Source of the DNA: a virus
Lineage: Duplodnaviria; Caudoviricetes
Length of the DNA stretch: 35,993 nt
Virus record (IMG/VR): IMGVR_UViG_3300031452_000013
Span: 1 to 35,993 of that record
Strand: one strand, 5' to 3'
The position numbers were made by a program, and so were the translations under genes. Positions 24,122-33,086 of the stretch are shown here, one piece after another. The notes beneath the pieces were generated by a model, which was not told the origin of the DNA, did no database searches, and saw only the letters and a list, made by a program, of their open reading frames with translations. Numbering within the stretch: the stretch's first letter is position 1; each line of letters begins with the position of its first letter.

Positions 24122-24499
24122 GTGATCGGTGGTGTGCGCGTAGTTACCGAGCCGTTCAACACGGCGATGCTGGAGATGCAGCGCACTACGGATCGCTCCA
24201 ACATGTGGGCGTTACGGGAGGCTGGGCGGCAAGCCAAGCGGGTCGCGCGCCGTTCGGTTCGGGTGCGTAGCGGGGAGCTGCGGGATTCTCTCAAGTCGTC
24301 GCGGCGGTTGGCGAAGATCGCACCTCGCACCTATCGGGTGTCGATCGGTCCGCGTGGCGGACATACCCATTTGTACGCCGCCAAGATCGAGGAAATGGAC
24401 CACTACACGAAGCAGGCGTACGACACGGTTGCCCCGAAGTTCAAGGGCATTCAAGAGGCCGCCATGGCCCGCACCATCGCGAAGTACGGCCTCCGGTGA
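24122..24499 (+). CDS. HK97 gp10-like tail completion protein
   Basis: A...VRVRSGELRDSL...V.IGP...YA.KIE...Y..QA. Confidence 0.7.
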   Translation: MIGGVRVVTEPFNTAMLEMQRTTDRSNMWALREAGRQAKRVARRSVRVRSGELRDSLKSSRRLAKIAPRTYRVSIGPRGGHTHLYAAKIEEMDHYTKQAYDTVAPKFKGIQEAAMARTIAKYGLR

Positions 24500-27400
24500 G
24501 TATCCCCGTATTCGTCGAGTTCATCGGTGGCACCGGCGGTTTGTCTGCAGCCATGGGTGAACTGATGGCCAAGATGAAGGGCGTCAAAGCCGAATCCGAG
24601 CTGTCGATGGGGGGTGTCGCCAAGCTGGGCACAGCGCTGTCCGCCGGGGTCGTTGCAGGAGCAGGTGTCGTGGCCGTCGAGGCCGTGAAGATGGCAGGCG
24701 ATTTTCAGGCCAGCGTGACCAAGCTGGGCACGACCGCCGGTGAGGCGCAGGGCAGCCTGAAGATGGTCGGCGACGGCATGCTGGAGATGGCCGGGCAGGT
24801 GGGTATCTCCGCGCAGGACCTCGCCAAGGGCATGTACACAGTGGAGTCCTCGGGGCAGCACGGTGCGCAAGCCCTGGACACCCTGAAGGCCAGCGCCGAG
24901 GGCGCGAAGCAGGAGCAGGCCGACCTGGGGCACGTCACCGACGCGGTGTCCACGATCATGCACGACTACGGACCCAGTGTGGGTGACGCGGCCACCGTCA
25001 CCTCGAAGCTGGTCACCGCGGTGTCGCACGGCAAAACGACCTTCGACGAGCTGACCGGGGCCATGCACAGCGTGACCCCGCTGGCGGCGGCGGCTGGCAT
25101 CAGCCTGGCCGACGTCACCGGCTCGCTGTCGGCGATGACCGCCTCGGGCATGTCCGCCGACCAGGCTTCGCAGAACCTCGGGCACGCCATCCAGTCCTTG
25201 TCGGTGCCGACGCAGCCAATGATCAAGGAGATGTCCGCGCTCGGGCTGAACGCCGTCGACCTGTCGCACAACCTCGGCAAGACCGGGGTCGCCGGGACGC
25301 TGCAAGAGGTCGCGCACGCGATCATGGTGAAGATGGGGCCTGCGGGCACCGTGCTGCTGTCCAACTTCAACGAGTCGAAGCTGGCGGTGACCGCCGCGAG
25401 CAACGCCTTCGGTTCACTGCCCCCGGCCGCCCAGAAAGTCGCGGAGGCCATCGACAAGGGCACCATGTCGTTCAAGGAGTTCCGCAAGACCGGCGGTGGG
25501 CTCGACGTCGAGCAGAAAGCCCAGCTCGGGCAGTGGAACACCCTGCACGACAAGGCCATCGGGTTCAGCCAGGCGTTGCGGTCGGGGGCGAACCAGAACC
25601 AGAACTTCACCGAGGCCATGAAGCGGGCCACGGGCACCACGGACGGCATGAACGTGGCGCTGCAGCTCACCGGGGAGCACACCGACGCGGTGAACGCCTC
25701 GATCCAGGACATCGCCGGGTCGACGAAGCAGGCGGACGGCAACATCAAGGGCTGGTCGGAGGTGCAGGGCAACTTCAACCAGCAGATGGATGAGCTGAAG
25801 GCCACTCTCGGCGCCCTCGTCACCAAGCTCGGCATCGAGCTGCTGCCAATTGTGACGAAGGTTGCCGAGGGGTTCAAGACCGGGATCACCTGGGTGACCG
25901 GGCACAAGGAGGCGATGGCTGCCATGGCGGGGGTGATCGGCGGCGCCCTGATCGTGGCCCTTTACGCCTTGTCGGTGGCCTTGTGGGCCATCGCCACGAA
26001 CCCCTTGGTGATAACCATCGAGCTCATCGTCGCCGCGTTGGCGCTGCTCGGCGTGGGTGTCTACGAGCTGTGGACCCACTGGCACCAGATCTGGGGCTGG
26101 ATCACCGGCCAGGTCACCGAGGCCAACCAGCAGATCCTCGGCGCCTGGAACGACGTGAAGAACTGGACGGTGAGCATCTGGCACGCCGTCACCGCCTACC
26201 TGGTGGGCGCGTGGAACGACATGACCCACGCGGTGATGACCGGGGTGCACGCCGTGGTCGACCCGGTCATCGGCGCGTGGCACGCCGTGCAGAACTGGAC
26301 GGTCTCCGCGTGGAACGCCGTGGTGGGCTACCTGGTGGGCGCCTGGAACGACATGACGCACGCCACTGCCACCGGATGGCACGCCGTGGTCGACCCGGTC
26401 ATCGGCGCGTGGCACTGGGTGGAGAACATCACCTCCGTCGTATGGAACGGAATCAAGGCCTTCTTCGAGAAGTGGTGGCCGCTTCTGCTGGTCGTGTTCG
26501 CCACCCCGATCGCCTTGCTCATCGGCATGTGGAACCACTTCCATGAGCAGATCACCGCTGTAGTCGTCGGCGTCTGGAACGGCGTCAAGACCTTCCTGTC
26601 GGACACCTGGAACTGGATCACGGGCACCGCACAGGCGGCGTGGAACCTGCTCCGCGACTACATCGTCAACCCGATCACCGAGGCCGCCCAATGGGTGGAC
26701 GGCAAGATCGCGGCGCTGGTTGGTTGGCTGGACGCGAAGTGGTCGCAGATCAAGGCCACGGCCGAGCTGTCCTGGCGCATCATCCACGACACGATAATGG
26801 CCATTGTGGACAGCACGGTGGGCTGGCTCATGGGCAAGTGGAGCGCCGCCACCGGCTGGCTGTCCGGCAAGTGGAACGAGATCGTCGGTATCGCCCGAGG
26901 GGTCTGGACCGCCGCCTACAACGATGTGGTCGGCATCTGGAACGAGATCGTTGGTGCCGTGGAGAATGCGGTCGGCCGGGTGCTGGGGGCGATCACCGGG
27001 CAGTTCGTCAGTGTGCGGCAGGCCATCTGGGCGCCCATCCGCGCCGGGATGGATGACATCGTCGGTATGTTCGGCACCGCCGAGCAGATCGGCAACAACC
27101 TGATCATGGGCATGATCCGCGGCGTGAAGGGCGCGGCCGGGCAGATGGTCAACGCCGTGAAGGGGGTCGCCAGCTCCGCCCTGGACGGGGCCAAGTCACT
27201 GCTCGGCATCAGCTCCCCTTCGAAGGTGTTCGCCGATGAGATCGGGGTGCACATCCCCGCGGGCATCGCCCAAGGCATCCTCGCGAACAGTGGCGTGTTG
27301 TCCTCCGCGCTCGCCAGCGTCACCGGACCCATCACCGGCCCCCAGTTCTCCGCCGGTGGCGGGCCGGGGGCCACATTCGGCGCCACCATGCCCGGTGGCG

Positions 27401-27534
27401 GGCAGCAGCCGATCATCGTGAACATCACCGGCAACTACTACGGGTTCGGTGGTGCGCCACAAGCCGCCTCCGACATTCGGGATGAGTTGCTGAAGCTGCA
27501 GCAGCGCACCCCCCTCGGTTTCAGGGCATCCTGA
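24496..27534 (+). CDS. Tape measure protein (1012 aa)
   Basis: TP901-type N-terminal core, TM-like segment, Trp-periodic repeats, LGISSPSKVF motif. Confidence 0.95.
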   Translation: MSIPVFVEFIGGTGGLSAAMGELMAKMKGVKAESELSMGGVAKLGTALSAGVVAGAGVVAVEAVKMAGDFQASVTKLGTTAGEAQGSLKMVGDGMLEMAGQVGISAQDLAKGMYTVESSGQHGAQALDTLKASAEGAKQEQADLGHVTDAVSTIMHDYGPSVGDAATVTSKLVTAVSHGKTTFDELTGAMHSVTPLAAAAGISLADVTGSLSAMTASGMSADQASQNLGHAIQSLSVPTQPMIKEMSALGLNAVDLSHNLGKTGVAGTLQEVAHAIMVKMGPAGTVLLSNFNESKLAVTAASNAFGSLPPAAQKVAEAIDKGTMSFKEFRKTGGGLDVEQKAQLGQWNTLHDKAIGFSQALRSGANQNQNFTEAMKRATGTTDGMNVALQLTGEHTDAVNASIQDIAGSTKQADGNIKGWSEVQGNFNQQMDELKATLGALVTKLGIELLPIVTKVAEGFKTGITWVTGHKEAMAAMAGVIGGALIVALYALSVALWAIATNPLVITIELIVAALALLGVGVYELWTHWHQIWGWITGQVTEANQQILGAWNDVKNWTVSIWHAVTAYLVGAWNDMTHAVMTGVHAVVDPVIGAWHAVQNWTVSAWNAVVGYLVGAWNDMTHATATGWHAVVDPVIGAWHWVENITSVVWNGIKAFFEKWWPLLLVVFATPIALLIGMWNHFHEQITAVVVGVWNGVKTFLSDTWNWITGTAQAAWNLLRDYIVNPITEAAQWVDGKIAALVGWLDAKWSQIKATAELSWRIIHDTIMAIVDSTVGWLMGKWSAATGWLSGKWNEIVGIARGVWTAAYNDVVGIWNEIVGAVENAVGRVLGAITGQFVSVRQAIWAPIRAGMDDIVGMFGTAEQIGNNLIMGMIRGVKGAAGQMVNAVKGVASSALDGAKSLLGISSPSKVFADEIGVHIPAGIAQGILANSGVLSSALASVTGPITGPQFSAGGGPGATFGATMPGGGQQPIIVNITGNYYGFGGAPQAASDIRDELLKLQQRTPLGFRAS
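26161..26424 (+). repeat. 132-bp (44-aa) tandem duplication in the tape measure gene
   Basis: AACTGGACGGT at 26161 and 26293; YLVGAWNDMTHA..TG.HAVVDPVIGAWH twice. Confidence 0.85.
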
Positions 27535-29480
27535 TGGCGGCACCGCCGAGTTACGCGTGGCCGGTCACGCAGGTGCAGATCGAGTTCGTCGCGGGCACCT
27601 GGACCACGATCGGTGGGGTGACGAAGGTGTCGGCCACCCGCGGCCGCCAGTACGAGCTGCAGGCCCCACAGGCCGGGTCGATGACCATCACCGTCGACAA
27701 CTCCAACGGCTTCCTGGACCCGGACGGCACGGGCAGCCCGTACGCGCCGAACGTGCAGCTCGGGAAGCGGATCCAGCTGGTCGCGACCCTCGGCGGGTCG
27801 TCGTTCACCTTGTGGACGGGGTACGTCGAGCGGTACCCGCAACGGTGGGGACCGGGCGGCAACTTCCAGTGGACCGATCTGGTGGCGGTGGACATCTTCG
27901 CCGTGCTGGCCCAGCAAATCCTCGAGCCGATCTTCTACGAGGAAGTGAAGCTGCTCAACCCCTTGGCCTGGTACCCACTCGACGATGCGCCGGGCTCGGT
28001 GTCCGCGGGCCAGCTCGTGGTGGGTGAGCGCGCCGCCGGGTTGTACATGGGCATCAACTACGACTTCGGTATCCGCAACCTCGTTCTCGGTGTAGCCACC
28101 ACCGCCCCCGGCGTGAAGGGTAAGACGCAAGCCCAGTTCACGCTGCCGACCGCCCCTCAGTCGTACCAGAACCTGTCGTGCCTGATCCTGCCCGGTGCCG
28201 CCGCCCCCCCGCTGGCCGCGCCGTGGACGGTGGTCATCGGCATGAAGGCCGTCGTCGGTCAGAATACCGTGCCGGGCTGTCTGTGGGGCGCCAGCTCGGA
28301 GTTCCACGACCGGCTGGTGCACCTGTACTACGGCCCGCTGAACGGGGTCAACGGGATCTACATGGCCTTCAACGACGCCGGTTACTACCTGATGGCGACC
28401 ATGCCCGACGACGGCCAGGACCACCTGATCGCCCTGTCCTGCGCGGCGGACGGGTACACGCTGAAGGTCAGCGTCGACGGCACCGTCACCAACAACGGCG
28501 TCTACCTGCCCTTCGTGGTGGATTCGCCGTACTCGCGGGTGTTCCTCGGCGCCTACCGCAACTCGGTGAACTCCACGACGCAAAACAACTTCGTGGGGAC
28601 GCTGAGCAACTACCTGGTGTTCGGCACCGACCTGATCGCCAACCCGAGCAACCCCCTCAGTGCCTACGGGGGTATCGGCGACGCCTACAGCAACGCCGAC
28701 TACGGCCATGTCACCACCGACCGCTTCCTGACGATCCGCAAGTACTCGCCGCTGCCGAGCGGGCAGGCCACCTACACCGACACCGGTAACTCTGCGATGG
28801 GCCTGGCCGACCTGAACGGCAAGACGGCGGCCCAAGCCATGATCGACGTCGGCACCACCGAATCGGGCACCGTGTACGTCGGCCGGAATGGGAACCCCAC
28901 TCTGGTGAACCGCCACTTCCGGTACAACCCGACGTCTGGATTCACCTTCGGGGAACACTCCGGTGAGTACCCGTACGAGAACATGGCGCTGGACCACGAC
29001 ACCACCCACCTGGGCAACACGGTCACCGTCACACAGGCCAACGGGATCATCGCCAAGGCCACCACGGCGGCCTCGGTCGCCAAGTACGGCACCCGCACCC
29101 TGAACCTCACCTTGGACGTGTACGACGCGCAGCAGGCGGTGGACGCCGCCGCCTACCTCGCGCAGGTGTACTCCGAAGCGGACCCCCGGGTGTCGGGGCT
29201 GGTCCTGAACATGGCCGCGATGCTCGCCGCGTCGGGAGTGCCGCCGACCCGGCTGCTGGGGTTGGAGCTCAACACCGCGGTGACTATCAACCGGCGCCCG
29301 GGCGCGGGGGTCACCAGCAGCCGGGTGTGCTGGGTGGAGCACCTGGCCTACACCATCGACTTCGCCTCCGGGGTGTTCACCATCGCCGTGCAGCTCTCGC
29401 CCGCCGACGAGAACCACTACTTCATCCCCGACGACCCGGTGTACGGGCGCCTCGACGCCGGCAACCGCTTCGCCTACTAG
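27534..29480 (+). CDS. Minor tail protein with LamG/concanavalin-like insert
   Basis: RGRQYEL...QAG.M...DN..G.LDP N-terminus; PLAWYPLDD, D.QDHL, VSVDG; C-terminal D.VYGRLD..N.FAY. Confidence 0.8.
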   Translation: MAAPPSYAWPVTQVQIEFVAGTWTTIGGVTKVSATRGRQYELQAPQAGSMTITVDNSNGFLDPDGTGSPYAPNVQLGKRIQLVATLGGSSFTLWTGYVERYPQRWGPGGNFQWTDLVAVDIFAVLAQQILEPIFYEEVKLLNPLAWYPLDDAPGSVSAGQLVVGERAAGLYMGINYDFGIRNLVLGVATTAPGVKGKTQAQFTLPTAPQSYQNLSCLILPGAAAPPLAAPWTVVIGMKAVVGQNTVPGCLWGASSEFHDRLVHLYYGPLNGVNGIYMAFNDAGYYLMATMPDDGQDHLIALSCAADGYTLKVSVDGTVTNNGVYLPFVVDSPYSRVFLGAYRNSVNSTTQNNFVGTLSNYLVFGTDLIANPSNPLSAYGGIGDAYSNADYGHVTTDRFLTIRKYSPLPSGQATYTDTGNSAMGLADLNGKTAAQAMIDVGTTESGTVYVGRNGNPTLVNRHFRYNPTSGFTFGEHSGEYPYENMALDHDTTHLGNTVTVTQANGIIAKATTAASVAKYGTRTLNLTLDVYDAQQAVDAAAYLAQVYSEADPRVSGLVLNMAAMLAASGVPPTRLLGLELNTAVTINRRPGAGVTSSRVCWVEHLAYTIDFASGVFTIAVQLSPADENHYFIPDDPVYGRLDAGNRFAY

Positions 29481-29489
29481 GAGACCTCC

Positions 29490-30011
29490 ATGCCCCTGCC
29501 CGTCGAGCCCACCTTCACCGCCGGCGTCGTGGCCACCGCCGCGCAACTGAACCAAGCAGTGCAGGTGTCGGACTTCCTGCTGCGGACCAAGCCGTTGGCG
29601 AAGATGCGGCAGGTCACAACGACCACCGCATTGCCCGCGACCACGGACACGGCGGTGGTCTTCGATGGCACCGACGTGGACACGGATGGGGGTCTGAGCC
29701 ACACCGCAGCGAATGACCGCTACATCTGCCGCACCGCCGGGTGGTACACCGTTCATGCGAATGTGTGTTTCTCACCCGGCGTCAATGCAGATTACGCCAT
29801 AGTGCTTACCGTCAATGGCACGGATCAACAGGGAGTGACAAGTCTGCATGCGTGCACAACGTTTGCGACCAGCTTGCCATTGTCGAAGAATGTCCACATG
29901 AATGTCAACGACTATTTGCAGGTGAAAGCCAATACAACCGTCGCAACGAACACTTTCATCAACCCCGGCAATACCTCGACGTGCGACATCTACTTCAACC
30001 TGCAGGGCTGA
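29490..30011 (+). CDS. Minor tail/receptor-binding protein with C1q/TNF-like beta domain
   Basis: TFTAG.V.TAAQLN N-terminus; V.FD...VDTDG....RY....AGWY.V...V...MNVNDYLQV. Confidence 0.7.
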   Translation: MPLPVEPTFTAGVVATAAQLNQAVQVSDFLLRTKPLAKMRQVTTTTALPATTDTAVVFDGTDVDTDGGLSHTAANDRYICRTAGWYTVHANVCFSPGVNADYAIVLTVNGTDQQGVTSLHACTTFATSLPLSKNVHMNVNDYLQVKANTTVATNTFINPGNTSTCDIYFNLQG

Positions 30012-30015
30012 GCGC

Positions 30016-31512
30016 GTGAGCCGGTACTTTCCCCTCGCCCGCGGTTACTTCATCGCGTCGCCGTTCGGTCCCCGTGACGGCGGTTTCCACGCCGGAACCG
30101 ACTTCGGGTGGCTGGGCGGTTCCGGTGGCCTGCCCATCTACGCCTGCCAATCGGGCACCGTGCTCTACGCCGGGGCGGCGTCCGGCTACGGCGGCCCCGA
30201 CCCGCGAGGGTGGGTGGTCATCGACTCCACAGACGCCGAAGGTGGGGGTTGCGCCGAGTACGGGCATCTTGTCCGCGAGGTCAGCGTCGGCGACCACGTG
30301 CAGGCCGGGCAGCGCATCGCCCACATCAACCCGGACAGCGGCAGCAACGGTGGTGTCCCGCCTCACTGTCATCTGTCCATCATGCCGCGGGGCTACGACC
30401 CGGCCACCAAGATCGACCCCCTGCTCTGGCTTGGCCAGGCCGCCTACCCCGCAGAACAACCCACTGGAGGCACTGTGCCCAACTTTCCGATCATCGGTGG
30501 CGACTCGGCCCAAGCCATCACCCCCGAGCTCATGGATCAGATGGGCGCCGAGTTCTGGTGTCGCTACCTGTGCACATTCCCGGCGTCGAACATGGACTTC
30601 AAGCGGTCTACCCCCGGGGAGATCGATCGGATCGTCGCCGGTGGCAAGAAGGTCGTCCACAACTGGGAGACGGACGGGCGCCCGGACGACGGATTCGCCA
30701 CCGGAGTGTCAGCGGCGCAGGATGCCGACGCCGAATGCAACGACCGGCACACCCCAGGCGCACCGGTCATCTTCTCCTTCGCCGACCCCGACTCCTCCGA
30801 ACCCGACATTCCCAAGGTGCTCCAAGCCATCGACGGTGCCGTGAGCGTCATCGGCTGGGATCGGGTGGGCCTGTACGGGCGCTTCGACGTCATCAAGGCC
30901 ATGTTCGACGGCAACCACTGCAAGTACGGATGGCAGACGTACGGACAGTCCTACGGCCAGTGGGACCCTCGCGCTCAACTGCGCCAGTGCAGCAACGCGC
31001 TCACCGACCACGGCGTCGGCCACGACTACGACGAAGCCTGGGCCGACGACTACGGCCAGTGGCCCCGCCCCAACGCAGCACCAGCTACCCCCACCGCAAA
31101 CCCCGTCCTAGGAGGACTCGTGAGTGATCTGACCCCCGACGAGCAGCACGAGGTGTTGTTCGCCCTACGTGACATTCGCATGCAACTGTGCGGTTCCGCG
31201 ACACCGGGCGAGTACCCCGGATTCGGGCAGCTCGGGGTTGTGAACGGTGATGGCACCCCAGGCGCACCACGGACCGTCGTGGACGCGCTGGGCAGCCTGC
31301 TGAACGTCCCCAACCCGTACAGCAAGCAGCTCGAGCCGGCTGGGCAGGCTCTCGGGTTCCTGGAGCAGCGCACCACCGGGCACGCCGACTACTGGGGCAA
31401 GCAGGTCATGGCCGCCCTGGCCAGCAACCCCGCGGTGAGCCCTGATGTCAAGGCTGCGGTACTCGCCCAGCTCGCGTCCCTGTCCATCACCTTGACCCCG
31501 AAGGCGGTCTGA
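30016..31512 (+). CDS. Endolysin: M23 peptidase + DUF1906 (GH25-like) + C-terminal domain
   Basis: FHAGTDFG and PHCHL M23 motifs; RYL...K..T..E, NWET, GLYG, WQTY..S.G.W; DIR.QLCG...YPGF.QLG...TVVDA. Confidence 0.9.
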   Translation: MSRYFPLARGYFIASPFGPRDGGFHAGTDFGWLGGSGGLPIYACQSGTVLYAGAASGYGGPDPRGWVVIDSTDAEGGGCAEYGHLVREVSVGDHVQAGQRIAHINPDSGSNGGVPPHCHLSIMPRGYDPATKIDPLLWLGQAAYPAEQPTGGTVPNFPIIGGDSAQAITPELMDQMGAEFWCRYLCTFPASNMDFKRSTPGEIDRIVAGGKKVVHNWETDGRPDDGFATGVSAAQDADAECNDRHTPGAPVIFSFADPDSSEPDIPKVLQAIDGAVSVIGWDRVGLYGRFDVIKAMFDGNHCKYGWQTYGQSYGQWDPRAQLRQCSNALTDHGVGHDYDEAWADDYGQWPRPNAAPATPTANPVLGGLVSDLTPDEQHEVLFALRDIRMQLCGSATPGEYPGFGQLGVVNGDGTPGAPRTVVDALGSLLNVPNPYSKQLEPAGQALGFLEQRTTGHADYWGKQVMAALASNPAVSPDVKAAVLAQLASLSITLTPKAV

Positions 31513-31515
31513 GAA

Positions 31516-32163
31516 GTGAATCCACTGACGTATCTTTCCGAGCACGCCAAGGCCATCGTCGCCGCCCTGCTCGCCGCGGTGGCACCGTTCGTGGCAGCCC
31601 AAGCCGCGAACACCGGCATCGACTCCAACACCTGGACGCTGGCTGTTCTCGCCGCCATCGCCGCTCTTGTCGGTGTCGGTGGCATCCCCAACGCCGACAA
31701 GAGCAAGCCCACCGACTCCGGTGCCCCACCGACGCAGGTGCAGCAGCTCGTCACCGCAGCGCAACTGCTCACCACCGCCGGGCAGCAGATCGCCGCGCAC
31801 AAGCCGGTGACCGTGCCGATGCTGACCCCCGGACAGGCCGACACCATCAACCGCCTGGAACAGGCCTACAGCGCCTACTCAGCGGCCAACCCGGCTATGA
31901 AGCTGCCACCGGTACTGCCGACCGTGGAGGGCACCGCGCCGGAGCCGAAGCCGTCACCGCAGCCGCGCCCGGCCTACACCGGCCCCGTCCCGCCGCTCAA
32001 CCCCGCGCCGGCCGAATCGCCCCCGGTGTCGTTCGTGGATCCCATCGGGCACCCGGTGGATCACAGCAGCGCCCCGCTGAGCCCTGCGGCACCCGCCTCC
32101 ACCGGTCCGATCCCCCACGTTTCCGAGCCCGTGGGAGCGACCGCAGTCAGCGCTACCCCGTGA
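31516..32163 (+). CDS. Holin with long Pro-rich C-terminal extension
   Basis: AKAIVAALLA... two TM segments ...GGIPN; follows endolysin. Confidence 0.7.
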   Translation: MNPLTYLSEHAKAIVAALLAAVAPFVAAQAANTGIDSNTWTLAVLAAIAALVGVGGIPNADKSKPTDSGAPPTQVQQLVTAAQLLTTAGQQIAAHKPVTVPMLTPGQADTINRLEQAYSAYSAANPAMKLPPVLPTVEGTAPEPKPSPQPRPAYTGPVPPLNPAPAESPPVSFVDPIGHPVDHSSAPLSPAAPASTGPIPHVSEPVGATAVSATP

Positions 32164-32615
32164 GACGCTTCCACCTCCTCCTCGGCTTGTTGGGGCACCG
32201 GGGTGAGGCCCTGCTGATCTTCGGCTTCCTGTTCATCCTCATCGGCCTGTCCGGTGAGCTGGACCCGTTGGTCGGTGTGCCCACCACCCCGCACGTCGGG
32301 CTGTTCTACTACACCGTGCCCGTTACATGGCGCTTTGTCGCGTGGACACTGACCGGCCTGCTCGCCATTTCCGCAGCGTGGCGCCGCACACCGCCGCGCT
32401 CCGACTCCTGGGGATGGGTGGCGCTGATGATCATGCCCCTGTTCAACGCCTTCTCCTACACCTGGTCGTTCGTGCTGTACCTGATCGGGCAGCACGGCTA
32501 CGCCACCGGCTGGGTGGGGATCATCTTCTGGGGGTTCCTGTTCTCCCGCCTCCTGATGAACCTGGCCTCCTGGCCGGAATCCGCCCACGGCCGCCCCCTG
32601 AAGGTTCTCCCATGA
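32160..32615 (+). CDS. Four-TM membrane protein of the lysis cassette
   Basis: LG.RG.ALL.FG..., four hydrophobic segments, ..WPE. Confidence 0.75.
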   Translation: MRRFHLLLGLLGHRGEALLIFGFLFILIGLSGELDPLVGVPTTPHVGLFYYTVPVTWRFVAWTLTGLLAISAAWRRTPPRSDSWGWVALMIMPLFNAFSYTWSFVLYLIGQHGYATGWVGIIFWGFLFSRLLMNLASWPESAHGRPLKVLP

Positions 32616-33040
32616 GCCAAACCGTGCTGACCGTGCTGGGGTTCATCGTCGGCGCCCCGTTCGCCACCTGGGTGGGAATGTTCGTCAAGCACCGGGCGGA
32701 CCGGGCCGCACGGGCAACAGCGGCCGCGGCCAAGGCCATCACCGACGCCGCCACCGCGGCGGCTGGGCGCCGCGGTGAGGTGGAGGGCTACGACATGCTC
32801 GCCACCCGCCTCGACACCCTGAACCAGCGGATGACACGGGAGGGCGACGAGCTGCGCGGGGAGATGGAACAGGTGAAACGCCGCCTGGAGAAAGCTCAGC
32901 GGGCTCTTGCCGGGGCCGGTGAGTACATCAGCCGGTTGCTGGCCTACATCAAAGCCGAACTACCCCAGCACTCTGATCTTCCGGCAATGCCTGCGGAGGT
33001 CGCGGCCCTCATCGCCGAGCACCGACCGAGGGAACGCTGA
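32612..33040 (+). CDS. TM plus coiled-coil protein of the lysis cassette
   Basis: N-terminal TM, heptads, YI..LL..I....P....P.MP. Confidence 0.75.
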   Translation: MSQTVLTVLGFIVGAPFATWVGMFVKHRADRAARATAAAAKAITDAATAAAGRRGEVEGYDMLATRLDTLNQRMTREGDELRGEMEQVKRRLEKAQRALAGAGEYISRLLAYIKAELPQHSDLPAMPAEVAALIAEHRPRER

Positions 33041-33086
33041 TGCCCGTCGAGGTCCGCCAACAGATGCACGAGCACTAGGAGTCACC

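Noticed and set aside
24451-29756. Long minus-strand ORFs (24451-25317, 25414-26787, 27438-29756; likewise 18499-19935 and 33099-34310)
   Set aside because: Antisense shadows of clear + strand genes, expected from high-GC codon bias; no recognisable motifs
32907-33086. Upstream extension of the fibre ORF (527-aa call)
   Set aside because: Overlaps the preceding gene; a clear TAGGAG RBS precedes GTG 33087
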